Part shown: one piece after another, positions 20,434 to 30,537 of the stretch
Layout of the letters: each line of letters opens with the position of its first letter
Position numbering within the stretch: the first letter of the stretch is position 1
NCBI GenBank assembly: GCA_965261125.1
Contig: CBDHCS010000006.1
Location: 461,446 to 525,445 of the forward strand
DNA: 64,000 bases
Source: Candidatus Poribacteria bacterium
GTDB lineage: Bacteria; Poribacteria; WGA-4E; WGA-3G
Direction of reading: 5' to 3'
Made by a program: the position numbers and the translations under genes
The notes under the pieces: model-generated
Told to the model about the DNA's origin: nothing
Databases searched by the model: none
The model's input: the letters and a program-made list of their open reading frames with translations, nothing else

Positions 20434-22104
20434 CTAATATTTTTGGAACAGTTCTTTCAATAATTCTTTCGGTTCGTTCCGTCTGAGTTTATTGAGAGCC
20501 TCAACTTCAATCTGCCTAACCCGTTCACGACTGATTTCAAGTTTTTTACCAATATCAGCAAGTGTATATTCGGTACCGTCAATTAATCCGTAGCGAAGGA
20601 CAATGACGTGAGTTTCGCGTGGGTTGAGTGTTCTGTTAAGAACTTCTTCTAACGCTTCAATTTTAGAGAAGTTAACTAATTCTGTTTCCGGTGTGATTTG
20701 AGAGTTATCCGGGATTATATCCCGAATTGGTACTTCTGGTGCTGTTTCATTAATCGGGGCATCTAACGAAATAGGGTCTCTTGTTGCCTGCAGGATTTCA
20801 TCAACCTTTTTCTCAGAGAGTTTAACCTCTTGGGCAACCTCTTTAATGGTTGGTTCACGGCCAAGTTTGACAGTGAGATTGGACTGCACCTGTTTGATTA
20901 ACCTCCGTGTTTCCCCGATGTAGCACGGAACCCGAATAATCTGCCCTTGCTGGTCTAATGCGCGTTTAATGGATTGCATCACCCACCAAGTGGCATAGGT
21001 GCTAAAACGGTATCGGAGTGTATGATCAAATTTTTCAACTGCCTTCATGAGTCCAATGCTTCCTTCCTGCATGAGATCAAGGAAGGTCAAAGCTGTCTTA
21101 TTAAAATGATGTTGTTTTGCAATACTTGCGACTAATCTTAGATTCGCCTCAACAATCTTCATTTTTGTGCCGTGGGCAAGTTTGTCTGCTTCTGTAAGTT
21201 TCACCAACAATGTTTTAAGATGTTCTAATTCAGTTTGAAGCGTTTCCAAAAGTGGATTTAGTGTGCTTGTAGTCCACTGGGTTTCTAAGGTTTGCCCAAT
21301 ATTTGCATAAGTAATTTCATCTAATAAATCTGGAGGTAGTTTTTCCAGAAGCTGTGCTATTTCATACTGTGTCACCGAAAAAATTTCAAGCAAACGTATC
21401 TCTTCTTCCTTATCAAGCGGCACTGCTTCAATAACGGAATTGCGTTCCGCACTATGCGAAAACGGATATTGTTCTGTGGTTAACAACCCTATTTTTTCCG
21501 GGTTTTTGTGTGCTTTTTCAATGCTGGTGCGGATCAAATCTCGTGCGTATGTTCTAAACTTTTTTCCGTGTCCAGGGCCCCAACTTTCTATGGCTTTAAT
21601 AAGAGCGAGGTATCCTACCTGCATTAAATCTGGAGACACTGCTGCAGCGTGTTCTGAAGCATCCACATATTTTTTGAGGAGGTGCAGATTACCTACAAGA
21701 ATTTTCGACTTTACATTTTCTAACTTTTTTTGTTTCTTTTCCAGTTTTTGCAGTATGTCTTCTATAGGTAGAATATACGTGGAAATTTGATCTATAATTA
21801 GTTTATGATCTGTTTGAGCCGGTTTTAGCTTTTGTTCAGTAACGCTGCGGGTTTTTATTGGAATTTCTAATATATTTATTACCCACTTGGGAAATTTTTT
21901 GAAGTTCGACGCAAAAGTTTGTATGCCTTCTTGATACGTTTCAAAGAGTGCTTTTTCCTGTTCCGCTTCCAATAACGGGGTTTTCGCGATAGTCTGAAGA
22001 TAAGCGAAGGTCTCATCCTTTATAGGAGTCGTATTCTCCTCTTTTTTCTCCTCAGCGGCAAACGGATCATAATCAACTGAATCAGCAGGGTAAAAATCTT
22101 TCAT
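20434..22104 (-). CDS. RNA polymerase sigma-70 family factor (RpoD-like, with N-terminal extension)
   Basis: Region 2 motifs LRLVASIAKQHHFNKTALTFLDLMQEGSIGLMKAVEKFD and YATWWVMQSIKRAL are present. The region 4 helix-turn-helix is TLADIGKKLEISRERVRQIE. Confidence 0.85.
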   Translation of the reverse strand: MKDFYPADSVDYDPFAAEEKKEENTTPIKDETFAYLQTIAKTPLLEAEQEKALFETYQEGIQTFASNFKKFPKWVINILEIPIKTRSVTEQKLKPAQTDHKLIIDQISTYILPIEDILQKLEKKQKKLENVKSKILVGNLHLLKKYVDASEHAAAVSPDLMQVGYLALIKAIESWGPGHGKKFRTYARDLIRTSIEKAHKNPEKIGLLTTEQYPFSHSAERNSVIEAVPLDKEEEIRLLEIFSVTQYEIAQLLEKLPPDLLDEITYANIGQTLETQWTTSTLNPLLETLQTELEHLKTLLVKLTEADKLAHGTKMKIVEANLRLVASIAKQHHFNKTALTFLDLMQEGSIGLMKAVEKFDHTLRYRFSTYATWWVMQSIKRALDQQGQIIRVPCYIGETRRLIKQVQSNLTVKLGREPTIKEVAQEVKLSEKKVDEILQATRDPISLDAPINETAPEVPIRDIIPDNSQITPETELVNFSKIEALEEVLNRTLNPRETHVIVLRYGLIDGTEYTLADIGKKLEISRERVRQIEVEALNKLRRNEPKELLKELFQKY

Positions 22105-22439
22105 TTTAGTATTTCCTTATGTCAATGCAGAGTTTGTTTACTTGGCATATACACTAATTAACCATATATGTTCCAAACATCTCGGACAGATAATCATGGG
22201 TAAATATTTTGTTGGCTAATTCCGCAATGGTATTTTAAAATTTCAACTTACGTTAAAAGCTAAAAAACGTCTAATGTTAATGTTTGTTACAAAAAGTTTT
22301 TGATAATATCTATAGTAAAACGGACGATTAATGAGGCACTTCTGTACCGCAAACTGTTAGTTTGCGGACTAATATGCACAAACTAACAGTTTGTGCTACA
22401 ACAGGAACTTATAAAAACGAAATAAAATGGAGGCAATTT

Positions 22440-23015
22440 ATGCATGAAAAACCGCAAAAAGATGTAGTTCAACGTTTATTAGCAGGCGAGTCTTTCGCTA
22501 ACGAAGATTTAACCGATATAGACTTATCAAATCAATCACTTGTCGGAGCTGATTTCTCAGCGGCAAATTTAAGTGGTGCCAATCTTAAAAATACTGATTT
22601 AACGGATGCGAATCTAAACGATGCCAACCTCACTGGGGCAGACCTATCCGGTGCAATTCTGTTGCGAAGCTACTTAGTCGGAGCGAATCTAACAGAAGCA
22701 ACACTGGAAAATGCTAACCTGTTTGGAGCGTTTCTGAGTGGTAGCCTTCTATCTGGCACGAATTTTCGCGGTGCTGATCTCCGTAGAGCAACGCTTGGAT
22801 GTCCTCAATGTGTTCCCACTGCTCCTTTTGGCAATCTTACGACTTTTGAAAATGCTAACCTGGCAGAAGCGATTTTTGGTGAAATTAAATTAGACGGTAT
22901 CGTTCTATTGGGAGCAAATTTCAAAGATACGTATCTTTATGAAGTAGATTTATCGGAAGCGATCTATCGTGAATCCGACCTGGAAGGTGCTATCACCAAA
23001 CAGGGACGAAATTAA
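22440..23015 (+). CDS. pentapeptide-repeat protein
   Basis: Tandem A(D/N)LSGANLxxADLxxANL pentapeptide repeats. The ATG at 22440 is preceded by aaatggagg. The track ORF start at 22362 lies inside a repeat. Confidence 0.8.
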   Translation: MHEKPQKDVVQRLLAGESFANEDLTDIDLSNQSLVGADFSAANLSGANLKNTDLTDANLNDANLTGADLSGAILLRSYLVGANLTEATLENANLFGAFLSGSLLSGTNFRGADLRRATLGCPQCVPTAPFGNLTTFENANLAEAIFGEIKLDGIVLLGANFKDTYLYEVDLSEAIYRESDLEGAITKQGRN

Positions 23016-23284
23016 GGATTATTCGGCTGCTTCCGCAGCTATACTATAAAAAGAATAAAACCGATATAATATTGTTGAAACGTTAATTCCATCTGCATAG
23101 TATTGAGACGTTTTTAAATCCAATTGGTTTACAAATCTGTTATTTTTTTTCACATTTTTATAGTGTGGGTGAACTGCAGCGTCTTTCTCTATTTGTGCAA
23201 ATCACTAATTTGCTATCACAAACGTGAGTTTGCTACAAGAACCGCAAGGTGGACCTTTATTATCAAACTGGCGTTATTACAAAA

Positions 23285-25144
23285 TTATTCAAAAATCTGC
23301 TGCTGGCATAACTTATGGTAGAGTCCGCCTTTTTCAAATAACTTTGTATGGTTTCCGCTTTCCACAAGTTCACCATCATCAATAACCAAAATGTTGTCGG
23401 CACGCATTACCGTTGAGAGTCGATGAGCAATAATAAAACAGGTTCTACCCTCCATAAGGTTTGTTAAAGACTTTTGGATGATTGCTTCTGATTGTGTATC
23501 AAGTGCTGAAGTGGCTTCATCAAGGATTAGAATTGGTGCATCTTTCAGAATCGCGCGGGCAATAGAAATACGTTGCTGTTCGCCGCCTGAGAGATTGCTC
23601 CCTGCTTCTCCTATTGGGGTATCGTAGCCGTTAGGCATCTCGGAGATAAAACCGTGGGCGTTTGCTTTTTTTCCTGCTGCAATGATTGCTTCTCTTGTCG
23701 CATCGGGAGAACCGTATCTGATATTTTCAAAAACGGTGCCGTCAAATAGAAACGTCCCCTGTGGCACAAGGGCAATATTTTGCCTTAACGATGTTAACGT
23801 GACTTCATCAATAGGAAAATCATCAATCAGAATTGCGCCACTACCAACCGTATAGAACCGTAGAAGTAAGTTGAGTAATGTTGTCTTCCCGCTGCCGCTG
23901 GGACCGACAAGCGCGATAACCTCTCCCGGATCCGCTGTAAAACTGACATTTTTAATCACGGGTCGTTGTTGATACGCGAACGAGACATTTTGAAATTGGA
24001 CATTGCCTCTTACATTGGGAAGTACACGTTTTCCATCTGATTCACCACCAGTCTCTCTTTCTAAATCAAGCAGCGGGAAAATGCGTTCTGCGGAAGCGAG
24101 GCTTTGCTGTAATACGTTATTGACGCTGCCTATCGTCTTAATCGGTTTGTACATCAGTGCAACCATAAGAATATAACCTGCAAACCAGCCAATAGTTAGC
24201 TTGCCTTCTATAACGTTCCAACACCCAAGTCCCAAAACGGTTGCGGTTCCGATAGCCGCCATCCCTTCAATAAGTGGGGGGAGGAGTGATGCAAAGCGTG
24301 CGCGGCGAATTGCGGAGTTGTATTGGTCAGATGTGATCAATTGAAATCTTTTCATCTCAATTTTTTCAGCGGTAAAACTTTTTATTATATTGATTCCAGA
24401 GAGGGTTTCCTTGAGTTGTGCGTAGATGTCCGAGCTCCGTTGTTGGATTTCCGTGCTTGCTCTACGGACACGTGTTCCTATGCGTGAGATGGAATACGCA
24501 ATCATTGGAAGAACCAACATGGAGAAGATAGTCATTTGGATATTTTGGTAGAACATCACAGCGAGAAAAAAAGTGACCTTGATAATTGCACGCATTATTG
24601 ACGCAATTGCGGCGACAGCTTGCTGCAACATTCGCACATCATCGGTAACGCGTGTCATTACGTCGCCAGTGTGGTGTTCTGAGAGGGGGCCCAGTGGGGC
24701 TGAAACAATTTTTTCATATAGGTCATTTCGTATGCGAAAACTCAATTTATTTCCGACACGTTCCATTATAAAATCGCTGCCATAAACAAAAAAGCCTTTT
24801 ACAAAAACCAGGCCGAGTAATCCTATTAAAAGCCAAAAAAAGAAGCGGAACGCGTCCGCCGCACCTGTCAATGTAATTTCGAAACCTTCAAAGATGTTTT
24901 TTATGTTAAAAAATGGGATAGTAACAGGTTGAGTAGATTGACTGAAGCCCTCTAATTTTTTTAGTGAATCAAGCGTATCTGCTAAAATCTGAATTGGCCC
25001 ATAATCACAAACAGAAACGACTAAAGCACACCCCATCGCTAATATAATAGAGCCTTTGTAGGGAGTGAGGTAACGTAGGAACCGAAAAAGGAGTTTTTTG
25101 TGTTGCAAGGGGACAGCACCTTGACCAGAATGCCCAATTTTCAT
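23285..25144 (-). CDS. ABC transporter, fused permease/ATP-binding (MsbA-like exporter)
   Basis: Six N-terminal transmembrane helices followed by Walker A GPSGSGKTT, signature LSGGEQQRISIARAIL and Walker B ILILDEATSALD. The track start at 25180 overlaps MITE A; Met at 25144 (MKIGHS) is the likelier start. Confidence 0.8.
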   Translation of the reverse strand: MKIGHSGQGAVPLQHKKLLFRFLRYLTPYKGSIILAMGCALVVSVCDYGPIQILADTLDSLKKLEGFSQSTQPVTIPFFNIKNIFEGFEITLTGAADAFRFFFWLLIGLLGLVFVKGFFVYGSDFIMERVGNKLSFRIRNDLYEKIVSAPLGPLSEHHTGDVMTRVTDDVRMLQQAVAAIASIMRAIIKVTFFLAVMFYQNIQMTIFSMLVLPMIAYSISRIGTRVRRASTEIQQRSSDIYAQLKETLSGINIIKSFTAEKIEMKRFQLITSDQYNSAIRRARFASLLPPLIEGMAAIGTATVLGLGCWNVIEGKLTIGWFAGYILMVALMYKPIKTIGSVNNVLQQSLASAERIFPLLDLERETGGESDGKRVLPNVRGNVQFQNVSFAYQQRPVIKNVSFTADPGEVIALVGPSGSGKTTLLNLLLRFYTVGSGAILIDDFPIDEVTLTSLRQNIALVPQGTFLFDGTVFENIRYGSPDATREAIIAAGKKANAHGFISEMPNGYDTPIGEAGSNLSGGEQQRISIARAILKDAPILILDEATSALDTQSEAIIQKSLTNLMEGRTCFIIAHRLSTVMRADNILVIDDGELVESGNHTKLFEKGGLYHKLCQQQIFE

Positions 25145-25147
25145 ATT

Positions 25148-25311
25148 TATATAACCTAAGTTGCTACTTATGTAGCACAAACTGTCAGTTTGTGCATATT
25201 AGTCCGCAAACTGACAGTTCGCGCTACAATATTTCACCTATAACGAACTATTCTCTATAAAAAACGGTATTTGCATGTCTAAAAACTTATAGGTAGCAAC
25301 TTGAGTTTATA
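25148..25311. repeat. MITE family A copy
   Basis: TIRs tatataacctaagttgctac / gtagcaacttgagtttata. The interior has two 15-bp palindromes caaactgWcagtttg. Confidence 0.6.
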
Positions 25312-25344
25312 TAGTAAAACGGACAATTATAGTAAAACCTATAA

Positions 25345-26310
25345 TTAATTATACACTTTTATGATTTGTTCAATAGATGTTTCAGGGTTGTATTGATATT
25401 GTCGCTTAATGTTAGCGAAATCCTTCTCAATTGGGTTCAACTTCGGAGCATACGGGGGTAAAAATAGCAAACTCACACCCGTCTCTGTAATCAACCTTGC
25501 TGTCTCTGAACTCTTGTGGAAGGACGCATTATCCATAATGACAACGTGTGTCTCATCAAGCAAAGGACATAACTGATGCTCTAACCACGTATTGAAGGCA
25601 AGCACATCAGAGGCACCTTGAAAAAGCACAAGGGCAGTAAAACTATCTCCGATGTGTGCTGCAATCAAAGTGGTAGATGCATACCGATGCAAACCCGATA
25701 TTTTATCTTGGATACAGACACCCTTCGGAGCATAAGCATACCGACGCAGTTGTGGAGTCGGAAAACCGCTTTCATCAACATAAACAGGCGTTTTACCCCC
25801 GACTTGAATTTCACGATCAAACGCATCAAGATAGGTTTGGCGTTTTTCTGGACACTGTTCTTTATACGTTAGCGTCTTTTTTTCGCGTGATGTTGAGTTT
25901 CCCGAGGGCATACTAGTGCTTAGTCAAGTGTTAATTGATAGGTCTTGAAAGGAATCGGGAATCGGAGTTCCCTCCTACCATAGGCAGTCTATCGGTAGGA
26001 GCGATCTCCGAATCGCGACCTACAATAATATGTTGACAAAGCACTAGATACAGTTCTTGGAAACGCCGAAATGTGTAGCCCGTTCCATCTGTGTGTGGTC
26101 GGGAAAATCAGCAACATGTTGCTTCAGGGCATCGTAGTCGAGCCGATGAGGACCTCGGGGTCCTGGCTTTTTACAACTCAAAGGTGCTTCAGCAGCTAAT
26201 CAGTTATAGATGCTGGTCCGAGAGACGTTATAGGTGCGTGAGGCTTCCGCTTTACTACCATTATGAACAAAATCAAGCACGCGTTTACGTAAATCTGATG
26301 AATAACTCAT
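25345..26310 (-). pseudogene. IS630-family transposase, disrupted (orfA nonsense + MITE insertion before the DDE domain)
   Basis: orfA (26310 downward) reads MSYSSDLRKRVLDFVHNGSKAEASRTYNVSRTSIYN-TGA-LAAEAPLSCKKPGPRGP. The expected Trp codon TGG is TGA. A MITE-B copy at 25913-26052 separates it from orfB (25345..25911), which carries the DDE domain ...VYVDESGF... Confidence 0.7.
25913..26052. repeat. MITE family B copy inserted inside the IS630 transposase gene
   Basis: 28-bp TIRs ctagtgcttagtcaagtgttaattgata / the reverse complement of caataatatgttgacaaagcactag. The core gggaatcggagttccctcctac ... gtaggagcgatctccgaatcgcgac is an imperfect long palindrome. It is flanked by ATA on both sides. 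Confidence 0.6.
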
Positions 26311-26587
26311 AAGACTTAGAGTTTCACATAAAATCAACAATGTGTCAACTTATTTTTCGACTTTACTATAATTCACTGCTTGTGTGGAAATGTAATAGAC
26401 ATTATAATGATTTAATTTGCATTAAGGTTTACCGAGTGTCTCGGATCTCTTGAGTTCCGTAGGGACTAAAGAGCATATCCACTAATAAGGAAAACTCGCT
26501 GAATATTGGACTTATGTGAAACAATGTCGTACAATAGATTATTTTAGAATTGTTATAATACATTGGAACTTGCACAACAATAACGTT

Positions 26588-27331
26588 TCAATTGATCTTT
26601 ATGCAATCGTACCATCGGAGTGTCCGCTTTCCTTTTCGGCTTAGGACACCAGGTTTCCGTTCGACTGGGAAACCGAAGTCGCGATCTTTCTGTGTCAAGA
26701 CATTCCAGTCGGGTGGAAACCATGTTCGGAGGGTTTTACAATGCACTTCAAGGTTTTCACCTTCCCATCCACCGGTTTTGTAATACATGGGACAAACCCA
26801 TCTCTCTCTTCCGCGAGCGTACTGCCGCCATCCCATCACAGAGGCTTGTGATCGGATAATGTTGCCGTCGCGCCAATGCCATTCAATCCCGCTCCAAGGA
26901 TAACCTATTGTGCCAGTACCGCGGTTAATTTCACTCCATCCCAGATCATCGTGGAGCGTAATATAAGAAACGTTTGTGCCCCAAGGTGTTTCGTCGTTGG
27001 CAAATCCCCATTTCTGTCGTCTGTACCAATGTAACGCTCCTGGAATTCGTGACTTGGATACAACAGCGTTCTCAATGGTTTCTATAATGTCAAAAAAACC
27101 TCTATTGTTATAAGGATTATGCACACCCTCACAGAGTGTTAAGGAGTTCACTTCAGGACCGAACCACTTTCCGTTTTTACCGGGTGTTCTATAATATGCG
27201 CCTGATGCTGCAGGTTCAGCGCGCTCGCTTGAATTCAATTTCGCCTTTGCAAATGTGCTCCCAAACATCACACCTAAAACTGCTAATAGCAAAAAGACGT
27301 TAAAAAGTATATCTAAATTTTTTCGTAACAT
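26588..27331 (-). CDS. secreted hypothetical protein (paralog family 2; C-terminal CPMYYKTG motif)
   Basis: Signal peptide MLRKNLDILFNVFLLLAVLGVMFG. The C-terminus WVCPMYYKTGGWEG...WYDCIKIN is shared with the frameshifted paralog at 34144-34870. Confidence 0.65.
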   Translation of the reverse strand: MLRKNLDILFNVFLLLAVLGVMFGSTFAKAKLNSSERAEPAASGAYYRTPGKNGKWFGPEVNSLTLCEGVHNPYNNRGFFDIIETIENAVVSKSRIPGALHWYRRQKWGFANDETPWGTNVSYITLHDDLGWSEINRGTGTIGYPWSGIEWHWRDGNIIRSQASVMGWRQYARGRERWVCPMYYKTGGWEGENLEVHCKTLRTWFPPDWNVLTQKDRDFGFPVERKPGVLSRKGKRTLRWYDCIKIN

Positions 27332-27342
27332 TGTTTTTAGGG

Positions 27343-28026
27343 TTATTCTCGTTTCAGATGTCCCCATGTTGTTGTCAATTTTCGTTTTGGTGATACCGCA
27401 ATCCCGGAAATCGTAACCTCACCTACCCATGCTTCGCCTGTGCTCGCTCTATCTGTAACATACGCTACAAGGACAAAACCGATAATATCAATTTTCGGTA
27501 AGTTCGCGTCTCGAAAATCCATGCGCGATTCGCCATCACCAAACAACTGAAATCTGCCTCCATCAAAGTGCAGCATCATTTCGTTAAGGGTATCTGTATT
27601 CCAGCGTTTGCCGGGACCGAGAAACACTTTGCCATCTCTTGATGCTTGCATATCATTTGTGAAAAATAGGTAATACCCTGTCTCCTCTACTTCCCCATTG
27701 TCATTTAAGAAATGTTTTCCAAGTGCAATGCCGAATTTAATATCATCTGTTGCGCCGATGTTATTCACTGTAATTGTAAAGGTGTCATAAAGTCTGGGGA
27801 AGGCTATAAATTGGTAAAGTTCAAATATAGTTTGCCACTGTTTTTGCGTCTCAATTTTTGTCTTTAAAAACCCCTCCTCAATCTGCCATATAGAGTCACT
27901 GCCTTGTAGTTGCCAGTTGCCTTCTATTTCTTGATCAAAGTTATCTTGCCACGTAACTGCAGCTGCGATTCCCTGTAAAACAGTGAAAGCAAAAATCGTG
28001 ATGAGTATTCTAAAGACGTTTGTCAT
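27343..28026 (-). CDS. secreted hypothetical protein, paralog family 1 (C-terminal ...KLTTTWGHLKRE)
   Basis: Signal peptide MTNVFRILITIFAFTVLQGIAAA. W-x-IEEGFL and the C-terminal tail are shared with the genes at 30538, 31423, 33227 and 37998. Possible distant DUF1080/LamG-like fold, not verifiable here. Confidence 0.65.
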   Translation of the reverse strand: MTNVFRILITIFAFTVLQGIAAAVTWQDNFDQEIEGNWQLQGSDSIWQIEEGFLKTKIETQKQWQTIFELYQFIAFPRLYDTFTITVNNIGATDDIKFGIALGKHFLNDNGEVEETGYYLFFTNDMQASRDGKVFLGPGKRWNTDTLNEMMLHFDGGRFQLFGDGESRMDFRDANLPKIDIIGFVLVAYVTDRASTGEAWVGEVTISGIAVSPKRKLTTTWGHLKRE

Positions 28027-28107
28027 ATTTTCATTGGTTTGAGGATTAGGAATTCGATCAGGTATGCATGACACAAAAACCTGTACCGCAACATATCAGA
28101 GATTTCT

Positions 28108-28359
28108 TTAGGTTCTCTGCCAAGCAATTTTTAATATTTCGTTAGCGTAATCCTGCCCAGATGTTGGCAAAGGTAGGGTTTTACCCTCATGTTGGTATTG
28201 CTCAATTATCTCCTCAACGATGTTACACAATTCTGAAAAACCCTTTTGTTCGTCATCGCCGTGGCATCCACCATAAAAGAGACCTGGACAACTACCAACA
28301 TAACACTGATCTTCATCAGACCATTCGACTATTTTTACGTAACGGGTACTTAGTTTCAT
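28108..28359 (-). CDS. HicB-like (UPF0150) antitoxin-family protein, no HicA partner seen
   Basis: An 83-aa protein ...VEWSDEDQCYVGSCPGLFYGGCHGDDEQKGFSELCNIVEEIIEQYQ... It resembles the HicB N-terminal RNase-H-like domain. Confidence 0.4.
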   Translation of the reverse strand: MKLSTRYVKIVEWSDEDQCYVGSCPGLFYGGCHGDDEQKGFSELCNIVEEIIEQYQHEGKTLPLPTSGQDYANEILKIAWQRT

Positions 28360-28395
28360 TTTAGTTTTTTATAAACAACACACGGCGTGTGCCTA

Positions 28396-30492
28396 CTACT
28401 TTGCAAATGGTGTGCCATCTGCTTTTCCCAAATAGATATGATGTACGTCATCACTACAAACTGGAATTGTAACTTGCTTCTGAATATGGACACGCTGATA
28501 TGTCTGTGGGCCTTTTTCGAATACCGACTGGACAGCATGGATGTTTAACAGATAACGTTCCTGCGTCAAATTTGAAAACGAAAATTTGCCCTGCGCGTCT
28601 GTTTCCGTTTCAAAGCGGTCTAAGGTCAAGGACATATCATATTGGCTTAGTTCCCACGGATACCACGAACGCGATACCAAAGCATTCTGCACAGGTTTGC
28701 CTGTCCCTTCCCAAAGCACTTGTCCCTTTATCCCTAATGTTGGTTTATCTGCAACGATGAGTACTTCTTCACCATTTGTAGATGCTTTCACGTTCATTTC
28801 AGCTGCAGCAATGCCATCTCCCGTAATATAGAGTTTATACTTTTCCTCAAAGAGACCATCCAATACGAAAGTCGTCTCTGTTACAGGAAATCGTTTGGAC
28901 AGAAGCGGTCTGTTCAAAGTTCGCGGATTCAGAGCTGGTTCCATTTTAGCTTTCTCAGGGAATATCTTCACCTCATAAAACCCATTTGATGGAATATCTT
29001 TTGGGAGAATGACACGTCCGTTTATAGCATACCCTTTTTGAAGCGGAACAATCAACGGTTCATTTCCGATTTTTACATTTGGGTAGCCCCTTGAAAGATA
29101 ACCTTTTTTGGACACTTCAACAGACAGGAGATGTGGCTTTGTCTCCAATAGCTGCATTTGAAAAGCACCGTTTGCATCCGTTTGTGTCATCGCTAAAAGT
29201 GCGTCGTGTCCGTGTGGGCTTTCGCTGCGTCGCGCTGCATAGAGATTTGCTTCTGCAATGGGTTTCTGCTCTGCATCAATGACCGTGCCTTTCAACGTTT
29301 GCATTTTTGGCAAGCGGATTTTAAGCGGTTTTTCGCTTTGTGGGTTGACCGACTCCAGAAATGCAATGATAACATTATTATGAGAAATTGTCAAGCTGTA
29401 TTCAATTGGATGGAGTTCAGAAAAGAGAAAATTGCCATCCGCATCGGTTTGCACAATATGTTCGGGTTGTGCTCCAGCACGAAAGAAGTCGGCAGCCTTG
29501 TTGTGCATCTTTAACTGCACCTTGAGTTCATCAACTGTGTAACCTGAGTTTGAAGCAGTAACTTTGCCTTGCAGTGAGAGGAAAGGTTTCAGTGTAAGTT
29601 CACCTAAATCGTATACATTTTTGTCTGGAGACATCTCCCATCGCCAATGGTGCGTTTGGTACTGTGGATGCAATGCTATTACCGTAAAGGCGTAATAGAT
29701 ATCGGAATCATTTGGGACTGTTAGATGGAATTCTCCATTCGTGTTTGTCTCTGTAGGGTGTGCAAACGTACTGCCAGGATAGACGGTATCCTTCACTTCG
29801 GAAGCTGCACGGACAGTAACGCCAGAGATAGGGTTTCCACTTTCAGCATCAACGAAAACACCAGAAAGCGTTGCCCCCGGTTTTAAAAATACTTCTATGC
29901 CGCCGACATGGCTCCCAGGATAAACTGGCATTATAAGTGAGTCGGGTATCGCGAAGACATAGCTATCAAAAGCATCTACAATAACGTATCGCCCCGACAA
30001 CAGATTTTTGACCTCAAAATATCCATTAGATACCTCACCTGGATATGCTTTTTCTATCCACTTACCGTCAGAAGTGAGAAGTCCAACTTGGACTTCACCC
30101 GTTATCGGCAGCGGGAGTTTGGTAACGGAATCAAGCAGAAATCCCGAAATAATCCCTGTGCCTTCAACGGTAAAATCGGCTTTAACATCGGTCTCTTCAG
30201 TAACGGTAACTTCGCGTTGTGCAAGTAACGTGCTGTAATGCCGAATTTTCACATCCCAAGTGCCAGCAGGAAGACTCGTGAGCGTAAACTGCCCACCCAA
30301 ATTTGTTTTGGCAGCGTAAGTTATGTTGTCTGTTTGTGAGACTGCTGAGATGGTGTAGTCGGAGAGTGGGTTGTTTTGGTTATCTGTGACCTGTCCCTGA
30401 ATTGTGCCGACATTTTGAGATTGGCAAATTCCGATGGGAGTACCGAAACATAGCAGAAACAGAGCGACATAAATAAGGGTAGTGTTGTACAT
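28396..30492 (-). CDS. secreted protein with multiple carboxypeptidase-regulatory-like (CarboxypepD_reg) beta-sandwich repeats
   Basis: Signal peptide followed by repeated units of the form GTIQGQVTDNQNNPLSDYTISAV...GGQFTLTSLPAGTWDVKI (G-x-V-x-D...G-x-Y pattern). Length 698 aa. Confidence 0.65.
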   Translation of the reverse strand: MYNTTLIYVALFLLCFGTPIGICQSQNVGTIQGQVTDNQNNPLSDYTISAVSQTDNITYAAKTNLGGQFTLTSLPAGTWDVKIRHYSTLLAQREVTVTEETDVKADFTVEGTGIISGFLLDSVTKLPLPITGEVQVGLLTSDGKWIEKAYPGEVSNGYFEVKNLLSGRYVIVDAFDSYVFAIPDSLIMPVYPGSHVGGIEVFLKPGATLSGVFVDAESGNPISGVTVRAASEVKDTVYPGSTFAHPTETNTNGEFHLTVPNDSDIYYAFTVIALHPQYQTHHWRWEMSPDKNVYDLGELTLKPFLSLQGKVTASNSGYTVDELKVQLKMHNKAADFFRAGAQPEHIVQTDADGNFLFSELHPIEYSLTISHNNVIIAFLESVNPQSEKPLKIRLPKMQTLKGTVIDAEQKPIAEANLYAARRSESPHGHDALLAMTQTDANGAFQMQLLETKPHLLSVEVSKKGYLSRGYPNVKIGNEPLIVPLQKGYAINGRVILPKDIPSNGFYEVKIFPEKAKMEPALNPRTLNRPLLSKRFPVTETTFVLDGLFEEKYKLYITGDGIAAAEMNVKASTNGEEVLIVADKPTLGIKGQVLWEGTGKPVQNALVSRSWYPWELSQYDMSLTLDRFETETDAQGKFSFSNLTQERYLLNIHAVQSVFEKGPQTYQRVHIQKQVTIPVCSDDVHHIYLGKADGTPFAK

Positions 30493-30537
30493 AAGGCTTG
30501 CGTTTTCTCACTAAGTGTGGACCTGGACTTGGCACAA

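Larger units (their letters stand above)
25324..26374 (-). mobile_element. IS630/Tc1-mariner family insertion sequence, decayed
   Basis: About 33-bp TIRs caattatagtaaaacctataattaattatacac (left) and gaattatagtaaagtcgaaaaataagttgacac (reverse complement of the right end). They flank a transposase with an HTH N-terminus (orfA) and a DDE C-terminus (orfB). Confidence 0.7.

Noticed and set aside
26091-26312. 73-aa plus-strand ORF
   Set aside because: It lies antisense to the IS630 orfA (HTH domain) region, and the minus-strand reading gives a recognisable transposase N-terminus.
28356-28538. 60-aa ORF next to the HicB-like gene (possible HicA?)
   Set aside because: It has no resemblance to the HicA dsRBD-like fold and overlaps the 3' end of the 698-aa gene in another frame.
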